A DNA stretch of 64,000 bases from NCBI RefSeq assembly GCF_006345805.1, contig NC_042998.1:94116001-94180000 (forward strand). Direction: 5' to 3'. Position 1 is the stretch's first letter, and each line of letters opens with the position of its first letter. Positions 12,716-25,175 of this stretch are shown here, in pieces. The position numbers and the translations under genes were made by a program. Source of the stretch: Octopus sinensis. Its lineage: Eukaryota. The notes beneath the pieces are model-generated. The model was not told the origin of the DNA, searched no databases, and saw nothing but the letters and a program-made list of their open reading frames with translations.

Positions 12716-14494
12716 TCATCATCATCATCATCAATTAATGTCCATTATTCATGTTGGCATGGGTTGGATGGTTTGACTGAGGACTGGAGAGCCAGCGGCT
12801 ACACCAGGCTCTAATCTGGTCTAATAAAGTTTCTACAGCTGGATGCCCTTCCTAACACAAACTACTAGAGTGTAGTGGGTACTGGTATCGGTCATGATCA
12901 GTTGATGCTTTTTACGTGCTACTGACACAGAAGCCAGTAAGGTGGGACTGGCAATGAACACATTTGGATGGTGCTTTTTATATGCCACCGGCACAGGAGC
13001 CAGTCAGGGGGCACCAGCCCCAGTTATGATATTGGTTTTACTTGACTCAACAGGTCTTCCCAAGCATATCATATCGCCCAACACATTAGGAGTATTCTTA
13101 ACAGGGCTGGACGTGCGTGGCTGTGATCTCACTTTAGTTGCCAGGTCTTCTCAATCACAGTGTATCTCCACAGGTCCTGGTCTCCTGTCATTGCCTCTGT
13201 GAGGCCCAATGTTCATAAGTCATGCTTCACCACCTCATCCCATGTCTTCCTGGGTCTACCTCTTCAACAGGATCCTTCTACAGTTAGGGAGTGGCACTTC
13301 CTCACACAGCTGTCTTCATTCATACATAAAACATGCCCATACCAGCACATGTCACCTCTCTTGCACACCACATTTGATGCTTCTTATGTCCAACTTTTCT
13401 CTCAGGGTGCTTACACTCTGTCGTGTAAGCACACTGACATTACACATCCACATCCGGAAGATCATACTAGCTTCATTTCTTTCAAGCCTACGCATGTCCT
13501 CAGCATTCCTGGCCCATGTTTCACTGCTGTGTAGCATGGCAGTTTGCACACATGCATCATACAGTCTACCTTTCCCCCTGAACGAGAGGCCCTTAGTTGC
13601 CAGCAGAGGTAGGAGCTCCCTGAACTTTGCTTAGGCTATTCTTACTCTAACCGCTACACTCTCAGAGCAACCATTCCCACAACAGGTAGCAGAAGCTATT
13701 AACTGCTTCTAGCTTCTTCCCCTGGCATGTGATGGAATCTGTTTTCTGTACATCTTCAGTGTTTATTGCCCCAGTGCATCTGCCACACACAAAAACTATT
13801 TTCTCGGTTAACCTTCCTTTAATATTGCTGCACCTTTTATGTGTCCATAGCTTACACCGGGTACATTGTATGGAGTTTCTACCTATGCCATTTCTACAGA
13901 TTGAGCAGGGACATCTACCTGAAGGGGGTTGTGATTTGACAGCCTTCCTACTTACTAAGGCTTTGATTTTGGCTAGGTTAACCCTGAGGCCCTTCGATTC
14001 TAGACTTTGCTTCCACACCTTAAACTTCGTCTCCAGTTCTGGCAGTGACTTGGCTATTAGAGCAAGGTCATCAGCATAGAGGAGCTCCCTGTCTTGAATT
14101 CCTCTGTTATTGCCTGGAGGTCTATAATGAATAAGAGGGGCCTGAGGACTGATCCTTGGTGAACCCCAACTTCTACTTGGAATTCTTCACTATACTCATT
14201 GCCAACCCTCACCTTATTGACAGTATCCCTGTACAGGTCTTGTACAGCTCTTACCAGTCACTTGTCTATCTCATTGGCCACCAGATAAGGGAACGGGTGA
14301 CCCTGTCAAAAGCATTTTCCAAGTCAACAAAAGCCAAGTACAAAGGTTTATTTTTGGCTAGGTATTTCTCCTGCAGTTGCCTTGCCAGAAATATAGCATC
14401 AGTGGTGCTGTTGCCTGGCACAAAACCGAACAGCATCTCATCTAGGCTATCTCTCTCCCTAATTAGTTGGGCTATGACCCTCTCTGTAACTTTC
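12716..14494 (-). mobile_element. 5'-truncated, degraded RTE LINE (RT C-terminal half, PHD-like finger, 3' UTR)
   Basis: Minus-strand ORFs WKQSLESKGLRVNLAK...CSICRNG and TAMLHSSETW are homologous to the 799-aa ORF at 57289-59685; (GAT)n tail at ~12716-12732. Confidence 0.95.
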
Positions 14495-15224
14495 TGTATA
14501 TGAAAGCATTTGGACCATTGTAAATATAAGCATTATGAGCCTTGTGAGAGAAGTGTTACTGATGCTGCAGGTAAAAAAAGGTAAGTGGGCTACTATCTGG
14601 TTTAGTTAGTCGAAGGATATGTGGAGAGAGAGGAGAAGGCAGCAAGGTTACCAGTAGAGCAGGAGAAAGGAGAAGGGCAACTGGATATCCAGTAAGCGAA
14701 AGATTTCTGGTGAGAGAGAGAGAAAGAGGTTTCTGGTATGAGTGAGAGGGAGAGATTTCTGGTGAGAGAGAGAGAGGGGAGAAAGAAAGAAAGAGAGGGA
14801 GAGAGAGAAAGTGAGATTTCGGTACTGGTGGCGGGGTGGGAAAGAGTGAGTGCAATCACCGACACGAAAAGTCATTTTAAGGGTTATAGCAAACAAGGAG
14901 TTATTTTAGAGAAACGTACGAGAAAGTATATACATGTATGTAGTCAAGAAGCAAGAATTATTTTAGAGAAAGATGAGTTTGAATGAATGAGGCATATATG
15001 TATTAATCAAGGAAATTCCAACAAAGTCTGATTTTCACATTTTATTATTTGCAATTTTTACAGATTTACAATATTGAAATAAGCTAGTACTTTCATGCAT
15101 TATGCAATCATCAGGTTTATGTAGAGAAAGTCATTCCACAATTAACAACTGCAGTGGAATGTTCAGATTTATCCTTTAAATACCCTCTGATGGGTTCCAG
15201 CAGGCTGAATCTTATGAATTGTAT

Positions 15225-15375
15225 TTTGCATACCAGTCTCCCTCTCCACATTACTGATGTTATCCAAGGGAAAGGCAAAAGCCTATAACAGCTTGGCACC
15301 AGTGATGCCGCAACTCATTTCTACAGCTGAGTGAACTGGAGCAATGCAAAATAAAGTGTCTTGCTCAAGAACACA
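15225..15375 (-). mobile_element. SINE fragment, family distinct from A and B
   Basis: Minus strand reads TGTGTTCTTGAGCAAGACACTTTATTTTGCATTGCTCCAGTTCACTCAGCTG, a SINE central-domain-like sequence. Confidence 0.5.
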
Positions 15376-16394
15376 ATATGCAAACATGCCTTCACACCGA
15401 TATTTCCTTGCTATCTTTATTCCAGCTTGTTTTGCACAAAGATTGGTTTTCTCATTTATTATTGTTATTAATATGGAGAAACCACTCAGAGAGAAGAAAA
15501 TTGAAATTCTTGGGCACAAGAAACAACAACTGACAACCATGACAACAATACAGACACATCTACATTCATACATAAACATATATATATATATATATATTTA
15601 TATTTACCTATGTATATATGAGTGTGTGTGTATGTGTGTGTATATATATATATACATATCTATTCATATATATACATATATATATATTATATATACATAT
15701 ATATGTATACATACATGTGTGTGTGTGTGTATGTGTGTGTGTATGTATGTATGTATGTATGTATTCATTTCTTTTGCAAAAATTTATACTCTTATCTATT
15801 TATTTATTTATCTTTTTCTCTTTTTTGTTTGTTTTGATGCGCTTTTTATATTCAAATTTTGTATTATTTTATTTCTTCATTCATTTCGTTTTGTTTTGTT
15901 TTGTTGTTTTTTTACCAGTTTTTCCAGTTCCTTTGGTTTGACATTTTGAATTAATAAATCTGAAATATTTTCATAAACTAAAATCAATGTTTGAATTTTT
16001 TAAAAAATAAAATTCAACATTAAAATTGAAATTTGATCGCAAAACTAAACAGAAGAAAAACAATTTCATTTGAATTGAACTTTTTAAATTTTTATCTTAA
16101 TCCAACTTCCATCACAGATATAACACAATCTTGATTTCAGTAAACAAAATGGTTTCTCTCTAATGCAGGAGAGGTGGCTGCTCTGCTATGGACATAGACT
16201 CCAGCATGGCTGTGTGATTAAGAAGTTTTGGGTTCAGTCCCACTGTATGGCATTTTGGACAAGTGTCTTTTACCTTAGACTTGAGCTGACCAAAATATCT
16301 TGAGTGAATATGGTAGATAGAAACTGTGTAGAAGCCTGTTGTACATGAGACTCTGTGTGTGTGTGTGTGTAAGTGTGTGTGTGTGTGCATGTAC

Positions 16395-16424
<30 letters not shown>

Positions 16425-16425
<1 letters not shown>

Positions 16426-16739
16426 GTAGTTGTATACTGTCAACTTAAAGTGAGAGTCCCATGAAGAGAAACACACCATTGCTATTTAGCCCTAGGAAGC
16501 ATCAACGATTCCTGTTGGCCTTGACGCATTTCCTGTGTCCTGATGACGAGCAAGACTCAGAAACTAGTCTCTGGATGCAGGCTTAGGTGGGTGGGGTTAT
16601 TTGTCTCCCCCTTGTAAACATAAGGACACAGGAAATGTGTCAAGGCCGACAGGAAGTGTTGATGCTTCCTAGGGCTAAATAGCAGTAGTGTGATTCCCTT
16701 CATGGGACTGTCACATTAAGTTGACAGTATACAGCTACT
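16425..16739. mobile_element. Foldback element with 117-bp arms and a hammerhead core at the junction (PLE-like)
   Basis: 16425-16541 is an inverted copy of 16623-16739. The spacer starts with CTGATGA-CGAG/CTCA-GAAA-CTAG-TC. Relatives lie at ~4795-4905 and ~35385-35500. Confidence 0.75.
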
Positions 16740-16769
16740 TTATCGTACCACTACTGCCTATATCTCTCT

Positions 16770-16804
<35 letters not shown>

Positions 16805-16807
<3 letters not shown>

Positions 16808-17090
16808 CGCTGTTTTTGTCCTGTTATTACTATTATTGTTTTTTGTATTTATATTCGTGTGGCATCGTCTTTTTTTCTGTCCTTGTTTCATATACATTCG
16901 ATCCTTTTTCCAAGAAATCTAATGCTTGTAGCTTAGTTTTTCCTTGTGGCTGGCCGGATCGGAGCGATCTGAAGATTAATCAGCCGAAATTGCGAGGATG
17001 ATCCGGTTCTTGACTGAAGATTAGAGGCTTCGAATGACCCGTCCATGTTTTGTGTCGTCTCTTTGAGTGTTTTGCGTTCTTGTCCCATTT
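16805..17090 (+). mobile_element. Short dispersed repeat, second copy on the minus strand at ~23820-24060
   Basis: Shared GATTAATCAGCC.AAATTGCGAGGATGATCCGGTTCTTGACTGAAGAT; both copies sit in (TA)n. Class not determined. Confidence 0.7.
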
Positions 17091-17329
17091 TGTATTTTTA
17101 TATATATTTTTTATACACATATATATATATATATAATTACATTAAGGGTAATTACTATAAGTAAAGTCACATGCTGGAAAGAGTTGCTAAAGTCAAGCTA
17201 CTTTATCAAAATATACACATACACTGAAGTTGAGTTTTTTTTTTTACCTTAATTCGTTTTACACGCTGGTTACTTCATAAAATCTTATATAGATTTTATC
17301 CATATATTTAATTGATATATATAGAGAGA

Positions 17330-17705
17330 GAGCCACAGATTGGCTCCTATGCTGGTGGTATGTAAAAAGCACCATTCGAGCATGATTGTTGCCAGTGTCA
17401 CCTTACCAGTACATGTGCCAATGGCATGTGAAAGCAACATTCAAGTATGGTTGTTTCCAGTGTTGTCAGTGCTGCAGGTAGCATGTAAAAAACACCCTTT
17501 GAGTGTAGACATTGCCAGTACTGTCTGACTGGCCTCGTGCCGGTGACACGTAAAAAGCACTCACTACACTCTCAGACTGGTTGGCATTAGGAAGGACATA
17601 CAGCTGTAGAAACTTTGCCAGATTAGATTGGAGCCAGTCCTCAGTCAAACCATCCAACACATGCCAGCATGGAAACCAGACGTTAAACGACAATGATGAT
17701 AATGA
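17330..17705 (+). mobile_element. RTE 3' UTR fragment
   Basis: 3' UTR subrepeats and (GAT)n tail running into (TA)n. Confidence 0.85.
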
Positions 17706-17706
17706 T

Positions 17707-17768
<62 letters not shown>

Positions 17769-17783
17769 TTATCTATCTATCTA

Positions 17784-17855
<72 letters not shown>

Positions 17856-18178
17856 ATATATGTAAGTCAAATTACAATTTAAACAAGATTTGGTTCAATA
17901 AGGTACTTAAAGGTGAGGCACCTAGTTAGGTCAGAATAAAATGCACATACAACAGTTTTTAGATGAATACCAACCTTGGTACAAAAGTACTGGCAGTATA
18001 TTTGGGTAATGTATGTAGTCAATTTGACCCTATTGAGTATATAATCCACTCTTGTGCTATTCAGGCATGTACATTTTATTAAATATACAGTCCATAATAA
18101 TAATGGTGGCTCATAGATAAAATTAGATAAAATTGCTTCAGAAAATTTTAAGCTGTTGTTCTAATATTGTGTAAAAGG

Positions 18179-18405
18179 AAGGTGGCAAGCTAGCAGAAAT
18201 GTTAGCACGCAGGGTGAAATGCTTAGTGCTATTTTGTCTGTCTTTACGCTCTGTGTTCAAATTCCACCGTGGTCAACTTTGCCTTTCATCCTTTCTGAGT
18301 TGATAAATTAAGTACCAGTTGTGTACTGGGGTCGATCTAATTGACTGGCCCCTGCTTACCAAAAATTTTGGGCCTTGTGCCTAGAGTAGAAAAGAATATT
18401 GTATA
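18179..18405 (+). mobile_element. tRNA-derived SINE, family B
   Basis: Shared GTTCAAATTCC...CTTTGCCTTTCATCCTTT...TAAGTACCAGTT body. Other copies lie at ~35131-35340, 37300-37825, 41548-41760 and 42840-43035. Confidence 0.8.
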
Positions 18406-18418
18406 AAAGGAGACAAAC

Positions 18419-19252
18419 ATCATCATCATCATCGTTTAACGTCCGTTCTCCATGCTAGCATGGGTTGGACAGTTTGACCGGGGATCTGGGAAGCCAGGAG
18501 GCTGCACCAGGCTCCGGTCTTATCTGGCAATGTTTCTACAGCTGGATGCCCTTCCTAACGCCAACCACTCCGTGAGTGTAGTGGGTGATTTTTACATGCC
18601 ACCTGCACTGGAGCCAGGTGAGGCTGGCATCGGCCATGGTCAGATTGGTGCATTTTACGTGCCACCTGCACGGAAGCCAGTCGAGGCGGCACTGGCTTCG
18701 GCCACGATTCGGATGGTGCTTTTTATGTGCCACCGACACGGAAGCCAGTCGAGGCGGCACTGGCATCAGCCACGATTCGGATAGTGCTTTTTACGTATCT
18801 CCAGTCCAGGGGTCCTGGCATCTGCCGGGTGCCAGTCATAGGATTGTTTCACTTTCGATTCCGATTTCGATTTCACTTGCCCCAACAGGTCTTCACAAGC
18901 AAAGGGGGGTTGGCATAGGTGCCTGTCGTCGGATGAGGTTCCATATCGACTTCGCTTGCCTCAACAGGTCTTTGTGTGTCCAAGAGAGGAAAGGCATGCA
19001 TAAGTGGGCTGGACTCACTTGTCCTGCCTGGTCTTTTCACGCACAGCATATTTCGAAAGGTCTCGGTTGCAGGTCATTTCCTCAGTGAGACCTAAAGTTC
19101 GAAGGTCGTGCTTCACCACCTCGTCCCAAGTTTTCCTGGGTCTACCTCTTCCACGGGTTCCCTCCACTACTAGGGATTGGCACTTTTTCACACACCTATC
19201 TTCATCCATTCTCGCCACATGACCATACCAGCGCAATCGTCTCTCTTGCACA
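18419..19252 (-). mobile_element. RTE 3' end (ORF terminus plus complete 3' UTR)
   Basis: QERRLRWYGHVARMDED...REKTRQDK* is nearly identical to the end of the 799-aa ORF. Confidence 0.95.
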
Positions 19253-19939
19253 TATAAATAGAAAATTTATACATAAACTTGATTGGTTCATGTTTTAGCC
19301 ACTGCCAGGTTGTGTGTTTAATTTGTTCACTGAGCAATTCTCCCGTGTTTTTCAAAAATCTCTCCTAAATCGCAAAATAAGGGAGGAAAATGTACTCTAT
19401 TTTTTGAATCTTGTCAGCAACACTGAAGCTGCAAGCAGGATAATAATCTTTTTCTACACTTTATCAGATTCAAGAATATGTTTTTCAGCACAACACATGC
19501 AAAGTTGAAAAGAAACACTACCTTTCACTGGAATACCAGGTATTTCGTAATAATTCATGTGCATTTCCCTCTACATCTGTATTTGCCTGACAACAGGTGT
19601 TGGTTTGTTTACACCCCTTTTGTTCTCGAGTCGATTTGTTCCACTAAAACCTTTCAGGGCAGTAGTGCTCCAGCAAGGTCTCAGTCCAGTGACTGAAACA
19701 AACAAACGGTAAAAGATATGGCATGAACTGTTAAGGGGTGTTGAGTATAAAGTTGCCCCATATTCTATCTCTGAGTGAAAGACGCTTATTTATGAGGAAG
19801 ACTGAATAGAATGTAGGAAGAAATGAAGAAGACAAATCTGAGAGAAGCGAATTTTTGAGAAAGGAATGGTGATGCATTGTTTCAGTAGAACCTGTTCAAA
19901 CAAAATATAACAGCATGGAAAAGGCAGGTGTTAATCGAA

Positions 19940-20280
19940 TGAAGATGACAGTGATGGTGATGATGATGATTGTGGTTGTGGAAGCAGTCGTGGTGGTGGC
20001 AGCAGCTGTGGTGGTGGCGGCAGCAGTAGTTGTGGTGGTGATGATGATTATGGTGGTGGTGGTGGTGGCAGTGGTGATGAAGATGATGAAGAGAAGTAGG
20101 AGGGGGATAGGAGGATGTGTGGGACAGAGAGAGGAGGAGAAGAGCAACAACAATGATGATGATAATGATGGTGGCAGAGTGGCAGCAGAAGTGTTCATAG
20201 TCGTGGTTGTGATGAGGATGATGATCATCATCATTATGAGGATGATGAACGTCAATGATGATGATGATAAACGGTGATGA
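19940..20280. repeat. Degenerate (GAT/GGT/GCA)n trinucleotide tract
   Basis: Directly visible. Confidence 0.9.
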
Positions 20281-20393
20281 AAAATTAAAACTGCAAAGCT
20301 GGAAAAGATATTTTAAAATTACAAACTTGTATTTAACATTCCAGCTGTGGCTTCAATGTTTGGTTTTGGATTAGTAGAATTGCATTCATGTGA

Positions 20394-20425
<32 letters not shown>

Positions 20426-21070
20426 ACGTGCATGTATGTATATGTACGTATGTATGTGTGCATGTGTGCATGTTATGTATGTATATATGTTTGTATGTAT
20501 ATATATATATATGTATGTATGTATGTATATGTATGCATGCATATGTGATGTATTCATTTACTTTTCCATTTGAATATTGCCAAGTGAATGAGAGAAACAG
20601 AGAAAGAGAGAGAGAGAGAGAGAGCGAAAGCTGTGCTCATATATATTTCATTAAAATACACAATATTTTCAAAACCACAAGGAAACTTTGGGCTCGTGAC
20701 CATCTCTTTTTTTAACACTGCTAAGCAGATGAAAGTTCTACTCCCTCTTAAATAAGATGCTGCATTTCTGTAGATGATTATTTTTATTTCATTTATTTAT
20801 TCATAATATATAAGTTATTTTGATATTCTTTAGCTTGACATTTCATATAACCTTTATTAACCCTTATTAACCCACTGTCATCATTTGAGGACAGTTGTAT
20901 TTGGTTCATTTACTGCAATAAAGGTTAACTTCTGTATGTTTGTTATCCCTATATATATATCTTCAAAATTTTGACAGGGTTAACCTGGGTTAAAATGGGT
21001 TAAATCTGAAAGGTTTTTATAAAATAGACACATACACACAAAATACATACATATATATATATATGTATGT

Positions 21071-22917
21071 GTATCTTTGTGGTACCAGTGCCTGTGGCAC
21101 ACAAGAAATCCATCCGAACGTGGCCGTAGTCAGTACCGCATCGACTGGCCATCGTGCTGTGGGCACATAAACAACACCATCCGATCGTGGCCGTTCGCCA
21201 GCCTCATCTAGCACCTGTGTCAGTGGCACATAAAAACACCATCCGAAGACCCGCAAGACTAGTCAGGCGATATCCCATGGCCCCTACCTGGGACGTAGTC
21301 AGTCCACCTGTGCATACCTTCCTCCTTGTGATACTTGTGAAGGCCTGTTGAGGCAAGTGAAAATCAAAATCAAATCAAAACAAATCAAACCAAATCAAAA
21401 CAAATCAAAATAGATGAACATTAATGGAATTTGTATCTTTGTGGTACCAGTGCCGGTGGCACACAAGAAAACCATCCGAACGTGGCCGTAGCCAGTACCG
21501 CACCGACTGGCCTCCATGCTGTGGGCACGTAACAAACACCATCCGATCATGGTCGTTCGCCAGCCTCATCTGGCACCTGTGTCGGTGGCACATAAAAACA
21601 CCATCCGAAGACCCGGCAAGACTAGTCAGGCCATAACCTGTGGCCCCTACCTGGGACGTAGTCAGTCCACCTGTGCATACCTTCCTTCTTGTGACACTTG
21701 TGAAGACCTGTTGAGGCAAGTGAAAATCAACATCAAATAAAATCAAATCAAAACAAATCAAAATAGATGAACATTAATGGAATTTGTATCTTTGTGGTAC
21801 CAGTGCCGGTGGCACACACAAAAACCATCCGAACGTGGCTGTAGCCAGTACCGCATCGAATGGCCTCCGTGCTGTGGGCACGTAACAAACACCATCCGAT
21901 CGTGGCCGTTCGCCAGCCTCATCTGGCACCTATGTCGGTGGCACATAAAAACACCATCCGAAGACCCGGCAAGACTAGTCAGGCCATAACCCGTGGCCCT
22001 TACCTGGGACGTAGTCAGTCCACCTGTGCTTACCTTCCTTCTTGTGACACTTGTGAAGACCTGTTGAGGCAAGTGAAAATCAAAACAAATCAAAATAGAT
22101 GAACATCAATGGAATTTGTATCTTTGTGGTACCAGTGCCGGTGGCACGTGCACACAAGAAAACCATCCGAACGTGGCTGTAGCCAGTACCGCATCGAATG
22201 GCCTCCGTGCTGTGGGCACGTAACAAACACCATCCGATCGTGGCCGTTCGCCAGCCTCATCTGGCACCTATGTCGGTGGCACATAAAAACACCATCCGAA
22301 GACCCGGCAAGACTAGTCAGGCCATAACCCGTGGCCCTTACCTGGGACGTAGTCAGTCACCTGTGCTTACCTTCCTTCTTGTGACACTGTGAAGACCTGT
22401 TGAGGCAAGTGAAAATCAAAACAAATCAAAATAGATGAACATCAATGGAATTTGTATCTTTGTGGTACCAGTGCCGGTGGCACGTGGCACACAAGAAAAC
22501 CATCCGAACGTGGCCGTAGCCAGTACCGCATCGACTGGCCTCCGTGCTGTGGGCACGTAACAAACACCATCCGATCGTGGCCGTTTGCCAGCCTCATCTG
22601 GCACCTATGTCGGTGGCACATAAAAAACACCATCCGAGCGTGGCTGTCTGCCAGCCTCGTCTGACACCTGTGTCGGTGGCACATAAAAAAACACCATCCG
22701 AGCGTGGCCGTTTGCCAGCCTCGTCTGGCACCTGTGTCGGTGGCACATAAAATCACCCACTACACTCTCGGAGTGGTTGGCGTTAGGAAGGGCATCCAGC
22801 TGTAGAAACACTGCCAGATCTGACTGGACTGGTGCAGCTTTCGGGCTCCCCAGACCCCAGTTGAACCGTCCAACCCATGCTAGCATGGAAAGCGGACGTT
22901 AAATGATGATGATGATG
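21071..22917 (+). repeat. Tandem array of RTE 3' UTR segments ending in an RTE (GAT)n tail
   Basis: GTATCTTTGTGGTACC recurs at 21071, 21433, 21786, 22118 and 22454 (period 332-362 bp). Confidence 0.92.
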
Positions 22918-23149
22918 TGTATGTACATGTCTGTATGTGTATAGGTATGTATGTATATATGTGTTTATGTGCATATCATTATCATCATCATAACATTATT
23001 TTACGTTTGTTTCCAATGGTGAGGGCTGGTAACAGGAAGGGCATCTGGCCATAGAAAATCTACCTCGATAAACTCCATTTGATCCATGCAAGCATGGAAA
23101 AGTGGACATTATAAGATGATGATGATGATGATGATTATATATGTATATC

Positions 23150-23218
23150 TAAAGCTATCTATCTATCTACCTATCTATCTGTCTTTCTGTCTGTCTCTCT
23201 ATCTATCTGTCTGTCTGC

Positions 23219-23295
<77 letters not shown>

Positions 23296-23310
23296 AATCT
23301 ATCTATCTAC
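23150..23310. repeat. (TCTA)n microsatellite
   Basis: Directly visible. Confidence 0.95.
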
Positions 23311-23325
23311 CTATATATATATACC

Positions 23326-23356
<31 letters not shown>

Positions 23357-23535
23357 ATAATAAATATTAGGGAATATATCCAAATTTACAGGGAAAAAAA
23401 ATCAGATTTAGGATTAAATCCAATTTTATAGTAAAATATTATAAAATATTATTTGAGACAAAACCACTATTTTGCAAAACAAACAAGGAAAGACTTAATC
23501 AATACATAAAATTTAATAAATAGTCAAAAAAACCG

Positions 23536-23578
23536 CCACTACAATCGTTTCTTGTCTTGATCGACAATCTTCAGGTGG
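23536..23578 (-). ncRNA. Minimal type I hammerhead ribozyme motif (mirror copy)
   Basis: Exact reverse complement of 23622-23664. Confidence 0.75.
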
Positions 23579-23621
23579 ACTTCCAATAATTCAGTTACAA
23601 TGTAACTGAATTATTGGAAGT

Positions 23622-23664
23622 CCACCTGAAGATTGTCGATCAAGACAAGAAACGATTGTAGTGG
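23622..23664 (+). ncRNA. Minimal type I hammerhead ribozyme motif
   Basis: Stem I CCAC/GTGG, core CTGAAGA, stem II TTGTC/GACAA, GAAA, self-complementary ACGATTGT, GUA triplet. Confidence 0.75.
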
Positions 23665-23776
23665 CGGTTTTTTGACTATTTATTAAATTTTATGTATTGA
23701 TTAAGTCTTTCCTTGTTTGTTTTGCAAAATAGTGGTTTTGTCTCAAATAATATTTTATATATATATATATATATAT

Positions 23777-23818
<42 letters not shown>

Positions 23819-24124
23819 AAATACAAAATGGGACAACAAAACATCCAGATAGACGATACAAAAAAAACACAGATGGGTCATTCGAATCCTTTTATCTTCA
23901 GTCAAGAACCGGATCATCCTCGCAATTTTGGCTGATTAATCTTGAGATTGCTCCAATCTGGCCAGCCCCAAGGAAAAACTAAGCTAAGAGCATAAGATTC
24001 CATGGAAAAAAGCAACGAAGGTATACAAAACAAGGACGGAGAAACAGACGATGTTAGACCATACATATATATATAAATGATGATGATAATGGTAATTATA
24101 TATGTATATCTAAAGCTATCCATC

Positions 24125-24350
24125 TACCTATCTATCTCTCTGTTCAATATGTGACCGCATGTATATCATTGGCGATTTTCTTTCTCCATCTTCTCTTCCT
24201 TGGACTTTTCCATTTTTTCTATATTTCTGACGAAGAGCTCCGCTCGAAACGTTAAATCGCCCTTCTTTCTTTCCTTTCCTGAGCATCCAATAACACTATA
24301 CTTGTTCCACATCCTTGCGTTGTTGTGTTTTCTCTTTGTTCATGTTGGAT

Positions 24351-24358
<8 letters not shown>
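24125..24358 (+). mobile_element. PLE-like short repeat with variant hammerhead motif
   Basis: ATTT-CTGACGA-A-GAGC/GCTC-GAAA-CGTT-AAAT at 24223-24257; ends in a long (TA)n. Confidence 0.6.
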
Positions 24359-24425
<67 letters not shown>

Positions 24426-24587
24426 CAGAAGGCACAAATAAAGGTTATAAACCTCATTCGGGGATAGCAAAATCCTATGAAAGTACTGGTTAGTTACCTA
24501 TACTAAGAATATTGAATATTACACTTAATACTCATTTGCAAGGTAACTATAAAAACTGTGGTCTATATATATTTATTTAATATAATA

Positions 24588-24627
<40 letters not shown>

Positions 24628-25127
24628 CATAATAATAAATAAAAAAATAAATAAATATTTATATATATTTATTATATATTATATGTGTATGTATGTATGT
24701 ATGTATGTATGTATGTATGTATGTATGTATGTATGTATGTATGTATGTATGTATGCATGTATCATCATCATCATTGTTTAATGTCCGTTTTCCATGCTGG
24801 CATGGGTTTGATGGTTTGACTGAGGTCTGGTAAATCAGGAGGTCGCATCAGGATCCAATCTGATCTGGCATTGTTTCTACAGCTGGATGCCCTTCCTAAT
24901 GGGGATTTTCATAGGAAAAATAGGGATTTTCATAGAAAAAAAGCACCTTTTTGATGTAAATAATTTTTGATGTTAACATGGTCCGATTTGAATTTTTTCT
25001 TCTACAGAAGGAAGAGCAAGCCTTCTATCATACTCTCAATTTTGGTCAACTTGTGCCACAGTGTCTTGGAGGAGATAGTGTTAGTTGAAGGCTACCAAAC
25101 CTGCCACATACAGACAACTTCAGCTAG

Positions 25128-25174
<47 letters not shown>

Positions 25175-25175
<1 letters not shown>

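Larger units (their letters stand above)
23360..23758. mobile_element. Head-to-head PLE-like terminal repeats forming a near-perfect palindrome
   Basis: 23441-23599 vs 23601-23758, with only an A7/T6 homopolymer difference and a 1-nt centre at 23600. Confidence 0.85.

Noticed and set aside
14590-14900. Pyrimidine-rich minus-strand segment next to the truncated RTE, possibly a LINE 5' UTR
   Set aside because: It does not match the 5' region of the RTE at 56640-57288 and cannot be classified from sequence alone.
15110-15230. Possible host exons after AG acceptors (VYVEKVIPQLTT... here; also ~1469-1545 and ~27870-27960)
   Set aside because: No convincing donor or recognisable homology; the frames run into SINE sequence or stops.
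16969-17045. Two CTGAAGA motifs in the 16805-17090 repeat
   Set aside because: The first has no stem II and reads CTCAAGA in the second copy; the second is followed by GAAT with no stem II. Not counted as hammerheads.
20855-21005. Clustered TTAACCC / GGGTTAA motifs
   Set aside because: It could be a decayed piggyBac-like MITE, but the ends are ambiguous and it is not a true telomeric array.
21071-22745. Repeat array superficially like CRISPR or a tandem gene cluster
   Set aside because: The units are near-identical LINE UTR copies with no unique spacers, in a eukaryotic context.
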